Source: an uncultured Methanosarcinales archaeon (GTDB taxonomy: Archaea > Nanobdellota > Nanobdellia > Woesearchaeales > GW2011-AR4). Taken from it: a DNA stretch of 59,420 nt. The DNA lies in contig CAYXZV010000005.1 of assembly GCA_964469645.1 (NCBI GenBank), forward strand, positions 1 to 59,420. The letters run 5' to 3'. The notes under the pieces were generated by a model. That model ran no database searches, was not told the DNA's origin, and worked only from the letters and a program-made list of their open reading frames with translations. This document shows, piece by piece, positions 1 through 8,662 of the stretch. The number at the start of each line of letters is the position of its first letter. The stretch's first letter is position 1. A program made the position numbers and the translations under genes.

Positions 1-1
1 A

Positions 2-241
2 AAAGACACTTTAGGAATAAGAATCCCTGACAACTGGTTCAGTAATTTTGTTTCTGAAATCAACATCCCGATTGTAACAACATCCGTAAATAAAAGCGGA
101 AATGATCCCATGACTTCTTTAGAAGATTTAGACTCAGAAATAAAAGATAAAGTTGATTTTATTGTTTATGAAGGGGAAAAGAACGGAAAACCCAGCAGGA
201 TTATTGATTTAACAGACGATGTTAAAGTTATTGAGAGGTAG
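2..241 (+). CDS. sua5: Sua5/TsaC threonylcarbamoyl-AMP synthase, C-terminal part (5' end cut by window edge)
   Basis: Manual translation KDTLGIRIPDNW...IVTTSVNKSG...PSRIIDLT matches the YrdC motifs GIRIP, TSxNxSG and PSxIID. Confidence 0.8.
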   Translation, partial: KDTLGIRIPDNWFSNFVSEINIPIVTTSVNKSGNDPMTSLEDLDSEIKDKVDFIVYEGEKNGKPSRIIDLTDDVKVIER

Positions 242-251
242 CAAGATTATT

Positions 252-800
252 TTATTGAAGATACCAATCTAGTTTTTGAGTAGCTACGAGAGTTGGTTGA
301 ACTTCTCCAATTTGTCCCTGTGCTACATAACCTCCCTTCAACAGACCATGAAGGGCGTAGTGTATATTGCTGTTTGTCGCTCTGAACTCAAGCGCCTCAA
401 AATCAAAATTTTCTCGTAATAAACCAAGACTAAAGCATGCACTGCCAAATTTGTCAAATTCCTTATATTCTACACTACCTTTTAAGGCTATCATTGCTAA
501 TATAGCTATTGTAGTTTTTTTAATCCCATCATTATCTCTTTTGTCATTGAATGTGTCATCAAGCGTCTTTCCAAGTCTTTCATTTAAAGTTCCATAGAGT
601 AGATTTCCAATATTCGCAGGCATATTATTCCCAGCCACATAATTGTGCAGCCTTGGCAAATTTTCAGAAGGCCCTTCTGCTTCGTAAGAAGAATGTGCCA
701 GCAAGTAGTTTCTATGTATCTCCTCCCATTGAAATGGCACCATTTCTTTGTCTGGCTTTGGCTCTGGCCCTGCGCCCATCTTAGAAAAATGTAACTTCAC
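252..800 (-). CDS. Hypothetical protein (true start may be ACG at 923)
   Basis: 182-aa ORF with no recognised motif; frame is open upstream to 929. Confidence 0.55.
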   Translation of the reverse strand: MKLHFSKMGAGPEPKPDKEMVPFQWEEIHRNYLLAHSSYEAEGPSENLPRLHNYVAGNNMPANIGNLLYGTLNERLGKTLDDTFNDKRDNDGIKKTTIAILAMIALKGSVEYKEFDKFGSACFSLGLLRENFDFEALEFRATNSNIHYALHGLLKGGYVAQGQIGEVQPTLVATQKLDWYLQ

Positions 801-996
801 TTTTCGGTCTATAGAATCTATTAGAACTAATTCTCCCTCTTCTGTTTCACTTTGTGGTGCAGGACTATTATTTGCAGTATTACTCCCAAAGAACCTTCCT
901 AACAGATTAACAAATTTTTTCGTTTCTACTCACTCCCATTAAAAATTATAAATCACAACACAATTTCAACGAGATATATAAATCTTTTCAATGTTC

Positions 997-1668
997 TTAT
1001 TTTATAAAATCCAACTCATCCATGCCAATAACATTCTTTTTATCTCTATCGTCAGCTATTCTCGGACAAGCGGTATTTACCCAGAAATCAATGAAAGGAA
1101 AGTTTTCCATCTCCGTTGCATCTAAAGTATCAAAAACAAAGATAAAGCATTTCTTGCCTTTCTCTTCCAATTCTTTTTTTATTTCTTTAGCTTTATTGTA
1201 ACTATATTGTCCAGGTTTTATCGTAACCATTATTCCAATATTCTCGGCACTAAGAAATTTCATGTATTTTATTTTTTTAATTTTTTTATAATCCTCAATT
1301 TCTTTTTCATCTAATTTAGAAAATATACTTGAAACCGGATTGAATGTAAAAACTTCTTTTTTAGTGGATAAAGCAACACCTAATGGATGGAACTCACCGG
1401 AACCAATATACAAGAAAGCATCTACATCATCTTGTATCTTTGTAGCAGCACCGACATCACAGCCAAGCAGCTGACCAGCATTTCTTTGCTTCAGTTTATC
1501 AATAAAAACTGATTTTCCACTATCTTCCAAATACTTTCTAATTTCATCAACTTTACCTAAAAATTGCGTTGTCGTGACTAAACCAATTTTTTTAGGCAGT
1601 TTATCTACCAAAATCTTACCGAAATCAACTTTTCCAGTATATCTTGTCTGCAAAAATACTGCTTTCAT
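997..1668 (-). CDS. dph2: Diphthamide synthesis protein Dph2-like, lacking the N-terminal domain
   Basis: GQLLGCD, GSGEFHP and VNTACPRI motifs; ATG at 1668 lies ~25 nt from a TTTATAAA box. Confidence 0.85.
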   Translation of the reverse strand: MKAVFLQTRYTGKVDFGKILVDKLPKKIGLVTTTQFLGKVDEIRKYLEDSGKSVFIDKLKQRNAGQLLGCDVGAATKIQDDVDAFLYIGSGEFHPLGVALSTKKEVFTFNPVSSIFSKLDEKEIEDYKKIKKIKYMKFLSAENIGIMVTIKPGQYSYNKAKEIKKELEEKGKKCFIFVFDTLDATEMENFPFIDFWVNTACPRIADDRDKKNVIGMDELDFIK

Positions 1669-1747
1669 AATATAAAGAAACCCAATTTGATTTATAAATG
1701 CTACCAAAACCACAATCTTTTTAAACAAAATACCTATTCCAACGAAT

Positions 1748-1791
1748 ACCTATGATTGATGATGATCTGTAATAGCAGGTCTGAGTGAGGT
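1748..1791 (+). promoter_or_regulatory. Kink-turn / box C/D-like motif in the rpl7ae 5' UTR
   Basis: ACC/GGT stem, UAU bulge and tandem GA/AG pairs, plus UGAUGA...CUGA enclosing a short hairpin. Confidence 0.65.
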
Positions 1792-1840
1792 TTAAATTCT
1801 AATAGAATACCTCGATTAATAAACATAGATGGGGGATAAA

Positions 1841-2185
1841 ATGGCATCAATAGAAGTTCCAAAGGAATTAGTAGATAAGGTTTATGAAGCTATAGAAACA
1901 GCAAAGACATCTGGTAAAATAAAGAAAGGCACTAACGAGACTACCAAAGCTATAGAGAAAGGAAAAGCTAAGTTAGTTGCAATAGCAAAAGACGTTACTC
2001 CTCCTGAAATAACAATGCACATACCAATGATTGCAGAGGAGAAGGATGTGCCATGCTTTACGGTTCCAAGCAAAGAGGAATTAGGAGCAGCAGCCGGAAT
2101 CCAGGTTGGAACAGGCAGCGTCGTTATAACTGAGGAAGGGGAAGCAAAAAACATAGTAAAGGAAGTAATCAATAAAGCGAAGTAA
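1841..2185 (+). CDS. rpl7ae: 50S ribosomal protein L7Ae
   Basis: KIKKGTNETTKAIEKG, IAKDVTPPEI, VPSKEELGAAAG. Confidence 0.97.
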   Translation: MASIEVPKELVDKVYEAIETAKTSGKIKKGTNETTKAIEKGKAKLVAIAKDVTPPEITMHIPMIAEEKDVPCFTVPSKEELGAAAGIQVGTGSVVITEEGEAKNIVKEVINKAK

Positions 2186-2186
2186 T

Positions 2187-2483
2187 ATGGAAAAAGATAA
2201 TGCAAGCCCTCAAAGGCAAAGAGGACAAAGACCAGTACAGGAAAAAAAAGGAGCTGTTAATTTTTCATTCGCAACTCCAGCTAAGGTAGAAGAAATTATA
2301 GAGAGGACAGGAACAAGGGGAGAAGCCATACAGATAAGGTGCAGAATCTTAGATGGCAGAGATAAAAACAAAATATTGAGAAGAAATATCCGAGGTCCTA
2401 TACAGGTTGGAGACGTTTTGATGCTAAGGGAAACAGAGATAGAAGCAAGAAGATTAAAGAAATCAGGCAGAGGTCTGGGTTAA
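2187..2483 (+). CDS. rps28e: 30S ribosomal protein S28e with N-terminal extension
   Basis: RTGTRGEAIQIRCRIL...RNIRGPIQVGDVLMLRETE; follows L7Ae. Confidence 0.93.
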   Translation: MEKDNASPQRQRGQRPVQEKKGAVNFSFATPAKVEEIIERTGTRGEAIQIRCRILDGRDKNKILRRNIRGPIQVGDVLMLRETEIEARRLKKSGRGLG

Positions 2484-2484
2484 A

Positions 2485-2673
2485 ATGGCAAAATGCACCT
2501 TTTGTGGTATTACCATGCCACCAGGAACCGGAAAGCTATTTGTTCAGAAAGATGCGAAAATCTTATATTTCTGCTCTTCTAAATGTGAGAAAAACATGCT
2601 AAAACTGAGAAGAAAGCCGATAAAGACAAAATGGAGCGGCAGATACACAAAAATAGCACAAAAGGCAGAATGA
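2485..2673 (+). CDS. rpl24e: 50S ribosomal protein L24e
   Basis: CTFCG...PGTG...FCSSKCEKN...KW. Confidence 0.96.
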   Translation: MAKCTFCGITMPPGTGKLFVQKDAKILYFCSSKCEKNMLKLRRKPIKTKWSGRYTKIAQKAE

Positions 2674-3173
2674 CAAAACAACAGACATTGGTTTTGATAA
2701 AACCAGACGGATTGGAGAAATCACTGACAGGCAATATAATCACCGAACTTGCTGACACTGATTTAACACTTGTAGGTTCTAAAATTGTCCAAGTCACCAG
2801 AGAGTTGGCCGAAGAACATTACCAGAACCTGAAAGAGGAAAAATTCTTCAATGAACTGATAAAATACATAATGGGGGAATTCCATGTCAAAAGGGTTTTG
2901 GCTTTGGTTTACTATGGGGATAATGCAATTAAAAAAGTAAGAGATGTTATTGGAGAAACCGATCCTGAAAAGGCAGAACCTACATCTATCAGAGGAAAAT
3001 ATGGAAGAATAACTCAAGAAGGAGTTTTCGAAAACGTTGTTCATGCTTCTGAAAACGAGAAGGAAGCTGAACGAGAGATTAAGTTATGGTTCAGGCCAAA
3101 AGAACTTATACGCACAATCTACCCTACAGAATCTAAAGAAGTGAAAAAAACAGAATTTTTTTGGAAAACATAG
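2670..3173 (+). CDS. ndk: Nucleoside diphosphate kinase
   Basis: TLVLIKPDG, SIRGKYG, NVVHASE (catalytic His). Confidence 0.96.
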   Translation: MTKQQTLVLIKPDGLEKSLTGNIITELADTDLTLVGSKIVQVTRELAEEHYQNLKEEKFFNELIKYIMGEFHVKRVLALVYYGDNAIKKVRDVIGETDPEKAEPTSIRGKYGRITQEGVFENVVHASENEKEAEREIKLWFRPKELIRTIYPTESKEVKKTEFFWKT

Positions 3174-3206
3174 TTTTTTCTAAAAATTTGATCTAGGAGG
3201 AAAATT

Positions 3207-5387
3207 ATGGCAGAAAAGATGGTTGACAGGGTCATGCAGATCATGCAGAAACCCACTAACATAAGGAACATTGCTATTTGCGCTCATATTGATCACGGAA
3301 AAACAACTTTTTCTGATAATCTATTAGCAGGAGCAGGCATGATGTCTAAGGAAGATGCAGGCAAAGCTCTAAAATTGGATTTCCACGAAGACGAGCAGGA
3401 AAGAGGGATAACAATAGATACTGCATCTGTTTCCATGGTTCATAGTTTCGAAAATGAAGAATTCCTGATTAATTTGCTTGACACACCAGGCCACGTCGAT
3501 TTTGGCGGCGATGTTACACGGGCAATGCGTGCATCAGATGGTGCTATTGTTCTTGTGGATGCAGTTGAGAGTATCATGCCTCAAACAGAGACAGTTTTGC
3601 GACAAGCGTTAAGAGAGCTTGTAAAGCCTACATTATTCATAAACAAAGTTGACAGGTTAATTAAAGAGCTGCAATTGACACCTGAACAGATGCAGGAGCG
3701 TTTTATAAAAATAATCAGTTCTGTTAATAAGCTTATAATGGAAATTGCACCTAAGGGTTATGGAGAAAAATGGCAGGTAAATGTTCAGGACGGTTCAGTA
3801 TGTTTTGGTTCTGCATTCCATAATTGGGCATTATCAATTCCATATATGCAGAAAAAAGGCATAACGTTCAAGGATGTCATAGAAGCTTACACTTCTCAGG
3901 ATGACAAATATAAAGAATTAGCGGATAAAGCCCCATTGCACGAGGTTGTTCTTAACATGGTAATAAACCACTTGCCGAATCCTGTTGACTCTCAAGCTTA
4001 CAGGATCCCAAGAATATGGCATGGTGACATGGAAAGCGAAGATGGAAAATCCTTAGTGCAGTGTAACTCTAAAGGTCCTTTATATTTTGTCATAACAAAG
4101 ATTGTCATTGATCCTCAAGCAGGCGAGATATCTGCTGGAAGATTATTTTCAGGAACAGTAACTAAAGGAACTGATGTTTACCTAAACAGATTAAAGCAAA
4201 AATCAAAGATACAGCAGGTTTTTATCTATAACGGGGCAAAAAGAGAGATTGTCGATAATGTTTTGGCTGGAAATGTTTTGGGTGTTGCAGGTGTCAAAGC
4301 AAATGCAGGAGAGACAATAACTTTGGACGAAAATGGAACTGCTTTTGAGAAAATTACCCATATATTTGATCCAGTTGTTACAAAAGCAATAGAAGCCAAG
4401 AAACCAAGCGATCTTCCGAAATTAATTGAAGTTTTAAGGATGGTTGGTAAAGAAGATCCTACAATAAAGATTGAAATCAATGAAGAGACCGGAGAGCATC
4501 TACTGCACGGAATGGGAGAATTACATTTGGAAGTCATAGAAAACCGAATAAAGACAGAGAAAGGTGTTGAAGTTTCAACTTCCCCACCAATAGTTGTTTA
4601 TCGTGAGACAATAACAAAACCTTCCCAGGAGATTGCTGGAAAAACTCCTAACAAGCATAATCTTTTCTTTTTTAAAGCGGAGCCCTTAGAGGATTCAATC
4701 TCTGAAGCCATAAAAAAAGACGAGATACAAGAAGGGAGGATAAAGAAAAAAGATTTGGAATTAAGGGACAAATTAGTAGAATGTGGAATGGATAGCAAGA
4801 CTGCTTTAAAGGTAAAGGACGTTTTTAATGGTAATATGTTTTTGGATATGACCCGTGGTCAGGTGCATGTCGGAGAAGTCATTGAGATGCTTCTGGATAT
4901 GTTCGAGGATGTCATGTCAAAAGGGCCGTTAGCTCATGAACCATGCTTAAAGGTCAAGGTTATGCTTACAGACATGAAACTGCATGAAGATGCAATACAT
5001 CGTGGTCCAGCCCAAGTTTATCCTGCTGTAAGGGAAGGTATCCGTGGAGCGATGTTAACTTCTAGGCCTTTAATTTACGAACCATATCAAATACAAAGGA
5101 TAGAAGCTCCATCAGATTTTTTAGGTGAAATTTCAAAGTTAATATCTAACAAAAGAGGCCAGTTATTGGATGCCCAGCAGGAAGGAAATTTATCCATAAT
5201 TAAAGCTAAGTTGCCTGTAGGGGAGATGTTCGGCTGGTCTTCAGATTTAAGATCCGCTACTGGAGGTAGAGGTTCTAGCAGCTTAGTCGACCAGATGTAT
5301 GAGAAGCTGCCCGAGGAATTACAACCGCGCATTGTTAAACAGATAAGAGACAGGAAAGGTTTGAGTGAAGCCGAGGTAGGAGTTTAA
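3207..5387 (+). CDS. fusA: Archaeal elongation factor 2
   Basis: AHIDHGKT, RGITI, DTPGHVDF, NKVD; diphthamide loop HEDAIHRGPAQ. Confidence 0.98.
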   Translation: MAEKMVDRVMQIMQKPTNIRNIAICAHIDHGKTTFSDNLLAGAGMMSKEDAGKALKLDFHEDEQERGITIDTASVSMVHSFENEEFLINLLDTPGHVDFGGDVTRAMRASDGAIVLVDAVESIMPQTETVLRQALRELVKPTLFINKVDRLIKELQLTPEQMQERFIKIISSVNKLIMEIAPKGYGEKWQVNVQDGSVCFGSAFHNWALSIPYMQKKGITFKDVIEAYTSQDDKYKELADKAPLHEVVLNMVINHLPNPVDSQAYRIPRIWHGDMESEDGKSLVQCNSKGPLYFVITKIVIDPQAGEISAGRLFSGTVTKGTDVYLNRLKQKSKIQQVFIYNGAKREIVDNVLAGNVLGVAGVKANAGETITLDENGTAFEKITHIFDPVVTKAIEAKKPSDLPKLIEVLRMVGKEDPTIKIEINEETGEHLLHGMGELHLEVIENRIKTEKGVEVSTSPPIVVYRETITKPSQEIAGKTPNKHNLFFFKAEPLEDSISEAIKKDEIQEGRIKKKDLELRDKLVECGMDSKTALKVKDVFNGNMFLDMTRGQVHVGEVIEMLLDMFEDVMSKGPLAHEPCLKVKVMLTDMKLHEDAIHRGPAQVYPAVREGIRGAMLTSRPLIYEPYQIQRIEAPSDFLGEISKLISNKRGQLLDAQQEGNLSIIKAKLPVGEMFGWSSDLRSATGGRGSSSLVDQMYEKLPEELQPRIVKQIRDRKGLSEAEVGV

Positions 5388-5591
5388 ATGGCAAGAATAC
5401 ATGGAAGAGTAAGAAGAAAGCTCCAGATGTTCAGGAGCAGGAAGAAAAGCAGCAAGAAAAAACCCAAAACCTTTAAATCAGAAGAAGCTGCAAAGAAATA
5501 CGCAGAAGCAAAGGACTTTAAGAATTATAAATTGGTTAATTTACAGCCATTTAATCCTAAAAAGACAAAGATTAAGATTGTTGTTGAGTGA
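5388..5591 (+). CDS. Small basic hypothetical protein coupled to aEF-2
   Basis: ATG directly follows the fusA stop; 67 aa, K/R-rich. Confidence 0.7.
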   Translation: MARIHGRVRRKLQMFRSRKKSSKKKPKTFKSEEAAKKYAEAKDFKNYKLVNLQPFNPKKTKIKIVVE

Positions 5592-6042
5592 TAAATTTAT
5601 TTCTTTTAACAATTCTAATAGATAGGTATATGATTAAACTTGCAATTAAAATATAAATAGATTGTTCGGGCCATATCCAGTTGAGTGTGTAATTAGCAGT
5701 CGATATTGGGTATAATAACCTGGTTCCCATTATAGTAAAGTGCTTCATCGTCAGATCAGACAGGAAATGGCTTGCAGCACCAATACTAAAAAATAAAAAA
5801 GTCTTGAACTTATCATACCTGAATAAGGGTGCTATAATGATGCCTGACAACAACATCATAAACGGCGTATGGAAATTAATAAACGAAACAACTGGTGGAA
5901 GTTCGAAATAAAAAAATAATAACTGTATTTTTGGCAGTATATCCGGAGCCAACGCTCCAAATACTACTAAACTCTTCTTCTTTATGCCAAATACCTCTGC
6001 TATTATCAATGCTATCAGCAAATGGCTCAGCCAGTCAGGCAT
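5572..6042 (-). CDS. Membrane-bound metal-dependent hydrolase (YdjM-like)
   Basis: MPDWLSH, GALAPD, HT, SHFLSD motifs and transmembrane segments. Confidence 0.8.
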   Translation of the reverse strand: MPDWLSHLLIALIIAEVFGIKKKSLVVFGALAPDILPKIQLLFFYFELPPVVSFINFHTPFMMLLSGIIIAPLFRYDKFKTFLFFSIGAASHFLSDLTMKHFTIMGTRLLYPISTANYTLNWIWPEQSIYILIASLIIYLSIRIVKRNKFITQQQS

Positions 6043-6466
6043 CTTCAAAACCCCTCCAAGTAATTTTCCATTCCATGAAGAATATTATTATGAATAAAAT
6101 AAACGCAAAAACTGAAAAGCCGTACAGGACATAATTGTAGTTATAATTATGGAAATCAATCAGTTCTATTACTCCGTTTTTTTTATAATTAAGAAATACT
6201 GTTGATTCTCCAAGTGTGGGCCTTTCGATGTTTCCAATAACTTTCACATCCCTGTTTCCAAAATTAATGTAAAAGTGATCTTGGCTGATGTTGACGATTT
6301 TCACCAGGTGCTCGCCATTTATCCCTCCATATTTCTGCGGATTCTCTACATAGTTCCCTATACTAAAACGATCTTTGTCAGTAACGCTATTCACGTTCTC
6401 GTGCAAAAATAGGCTTATCGCTAGAACAATCACCAGAATATACCACAGCCTACTTAGTTTTCCCAA
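6035..6466 (-). CDS. Hypothetical membrane protein
   Basis: N- and C-terminal hydrophobic helices; overlaps the next gene. Confidence 0.7.
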   Translation of the reverse strand: MGKLSRLWYILVIVLAISLFLHENVNSVTDKDRFSIGNYVENPQKYGGINGEHLVKIVNISQDHFYINFGNRDVKVIGNIERPTLGESTVFLNYKKNGVIELIDFHNYNYNYVLYGFSVFAFILFIIIFFMEWKITWRGFEDA

Positions 6467-6479
6467 TTTTCACCCCAAA

Positions 6480-6551
6480 TGCCCCTACCGAGAATCGAAC
6501 TCGGGTCACAAAGTCCGCAACCTTGTATTATATCCACTAAACCATAGGGGC
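6480..6551 (-). tRNA. tRNA-Arg(GCG)
   Basis: Acceptor GCCCCUA/UAGGGGC, anticodon arm CAAGG-UUGCGGA-CUUUG, T-loop UUCGAUU; CCA not encoded. Confidence 0.93.
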
Positions 6552-6585
6552 GTAGAATTCATTAATCATCTTCAATATATAAATA

Positions 6586-7068
6586 TTATTTAATTACTTT
6601 AATAAAGAACTCTTTCACTACATTGCTCTTAAAATCAGCAAAAGTATGAAAGAAATCTTTTACAGTCCTATTCTCAAACTCTAAAACCTTGTGCGCAAAA
6701 ACATCATTACTCAAGCTTTCTTTGAATCTTTTGCCTTTGAAGGAAGCCAAAACAACTTCTTTATTATTAACATAACCTGGATCTATATTTACAGCTCTTT
6801 TATTGTCATCAGAACAGAATTCGTCCTCAATCTGGCTGCATATTATCTTTAGGTTTGCTAGATCATCTCTATCGATCTTGTTGTCAAAAACAATTATTGT
6901 TTTCTTCAAACCAGAACCAAATTCTTCTTCATAATCCTCTGTAAAATTAAAATCATACTCAGGACTTTCAGAAACAACATTTCCAAAGTTATCCTTTAAT
7001 TCATTTACTACATTGGTTAGCATTTCTTTGTCTTTATACATCAAAGCAAAAAACAATAAGTTATCCAT
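6586..7068 (-). CDS. DUF4416-like protein
   Basis: Y(E)EEFG-L-K and RxVNIDPGY...VVLAS pattern. Confidence 0.7.
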   Translation of the reverse strand: MDNLLFFALMYKDKEMLTNVVNELKDNFGNVVSESPEYDFNFTEDYEEEFGSGLKKTIIVFDNKIDRDDLANLKIICSQIEDEFCSDDNKRAVNIDPGYVNNKEVVLASFKGKRFKESLSNDVFAHKVLEFENRTVKDFFHTFADFKSNVVKEFFIKVIK

Positions 7069-7069
7069 A

Positions 7070-8623
7070 TTAATATCCTCCTAAACTAATCTGCCCCTTC
7101 CTCTTCCCACTATGAACTTCTTTAATCTCCTGTCCAACCTGCTTCTTGACATTCAAAGCAACACTTTTGCCAAGAATTTGAACTAATTTAACAACATCAG
7201 CTTTCTTTACATCTCCAACATCTTTAATTCTATTATAAAATAATTTCCTTGCTCTGACTCTTCCAACACCTTTTATCTTTATTAACGGCAATAATTCTTC
7301 TTTGACGCCATGCTTTAATCTTAGCCTTAATTTCACTATTTCTTTATTCAGCTGCTGATAGCTCAGAATCCTGCTTATTTCCTCTGTAGCATACAGCAGC
7401 CAGTCAGCAATGCCTAATTTTGACCTCAATTCACCAGGCCTTGTGTTATAGCTTTCAAGCAAATACTCTTCAGTTTTTTCATCAATCCATTCATCCATCA
7501 TCAAAGCAGTTTTGAAACTGTTAACATAATCCTCATACTCCGGTTCGTATAAAGAAGGTTCTTTCTCCAATAATAAATCATTATTCTTAACCAATTCTTC
7601 CTGTATTTTTTCCTGTTCCTTGACTCCAACCCTTAACAAAGGCCTTATTTCCAATGTATGGCTGACCATCTGTAAAAAAGAAATCTCTTTTGGCTTTTTA
7701 TTTGAAGCTCTCTGCAAGCAGGTAATAAAGAAATGCGCAGTTAAAGGATCTATATAAAGCTCAGCAACTCTTTTTCCCATCAAAGTTGCTTTTATCTTTT
7801 CATCATCCTCAATTTTATCTGCAGAGACAAAATCTTCTTTTTCCCTCTCAATAAATTCCCACTCTTCCAGTAAATCAAGCATTTTGTCTATTATCAAAAC
7901 TAACTTGTCCATATCAACAAACTGATAAGCCCAAAAAGTCTTGCCAAAAAAATCAACAATCTTCTTCTTTGTATTTACAAAATTTGCAGCTATCAAACTC
8001 AATAAATATGTACGTAAAACCGGTTCTACTGCTAATTTAGAGTAAATATCTTCTGGCTCACCTAAAACATACCCTTCATGCAGTTTTTTCTTCTCATTCT
8101 CACTTACAGCAACGCAAATAGCTTCTCCAACATTGTCATATTTAGGTCTTCCAGCTCTGCCAGCCATCTGTAGATACTCCAAGACAGGAATATATGCCAT
8201 TCCTCTTGGACCAAATCTTCGTAAATCCTTAAGAATAACTCTGAAAGCAGGTAAGTCCAAACCATAAGCTAGGGTAGGAGTAGAACAAATTATTTTTATT
8301 GTTCCCTCCTTAAAATTATCTTCAATTAACTCTCGTTGTTTTGCAACTAAACCGGCATGATGGAAAGCAATGCCTTTTTTTATGCATAAAGCCAACCTAT
8401 GGCACTGTTTCGTAGGGCTGGATATGGCTTTCAAGACTTTTTCACTCAACTCCATAAGCTTCTCACTATCAGTTTTGATCTTCTTGGCAATATCTTCAGC
8501 AGTTTTCTCTGCGCTTCTCTTTGTATTAGCAAAAACCAAGGCTTGCTTGCCTATCTTTATAGTATCTAAAGCTAAATCTAAAGCACCATTACCAGTCTCA
8601 GAAGAAATTTTTTTGTTAGGCAT
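7070..8623 (-). CDS. hel308: Hel308/Ski2-like helicase lacking the N-terminal RecA1 domain
   Basis: ALVFANTKR, AFHHAGL, STPTLAYG, QMAGRAGRP, winged-helix/ratchet region and HhH (GVGRVRARKL); no Walker A or DExH. Confidence 0.85.
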   Translation of the reverse strand: MPNKKISSETGNGALDLALDTIKIGKQALVFANTKRSAEKTAEDIAKKIKTDSEKLMELSEKVLKAISSPTKQCHRLALCIKKGIAFHHAGLVAKQRELIEDNFKEGTIKIICSTPTLAYGLDLPAFRVILKDLRRFGPRGMAYIPVLEYLQMAGRAGRPKYDNVGEAICVAVSENEKKKLHEGYVLGEPEDIYSKLAVEPVLRTYLLSLIAANFVNTKKKIVDFFGKTFWAYQFVDMDKLVLIIDKMLDLLEEWEFIEREKEDFVSADKIEDDEKIKATLMGKRVAELYIDPLTAHFFITCLQRASNKKPKEISFLQMVSHTLEIRPLLRVGVKEQEKIQEELVKNNDLLLEKEPSLYEPEYEDYVNSFKTALMMDEWIDEKTEEYLLESYNTRPGELRSKLGIADWLLYATEEISRILSYQQLNKEIVKLRLRLKHGVKEELLPLIKIKGVGRVRARKLFYNRIKDVGDVKKADVVKLVQILGKSVALNVKKQVGQEIKEVHSGKRKGQISLGGY

Positions 8624-8662
8624 TAGAAAACAGATAATCAGTAATAATATAAATTTGTTGTT

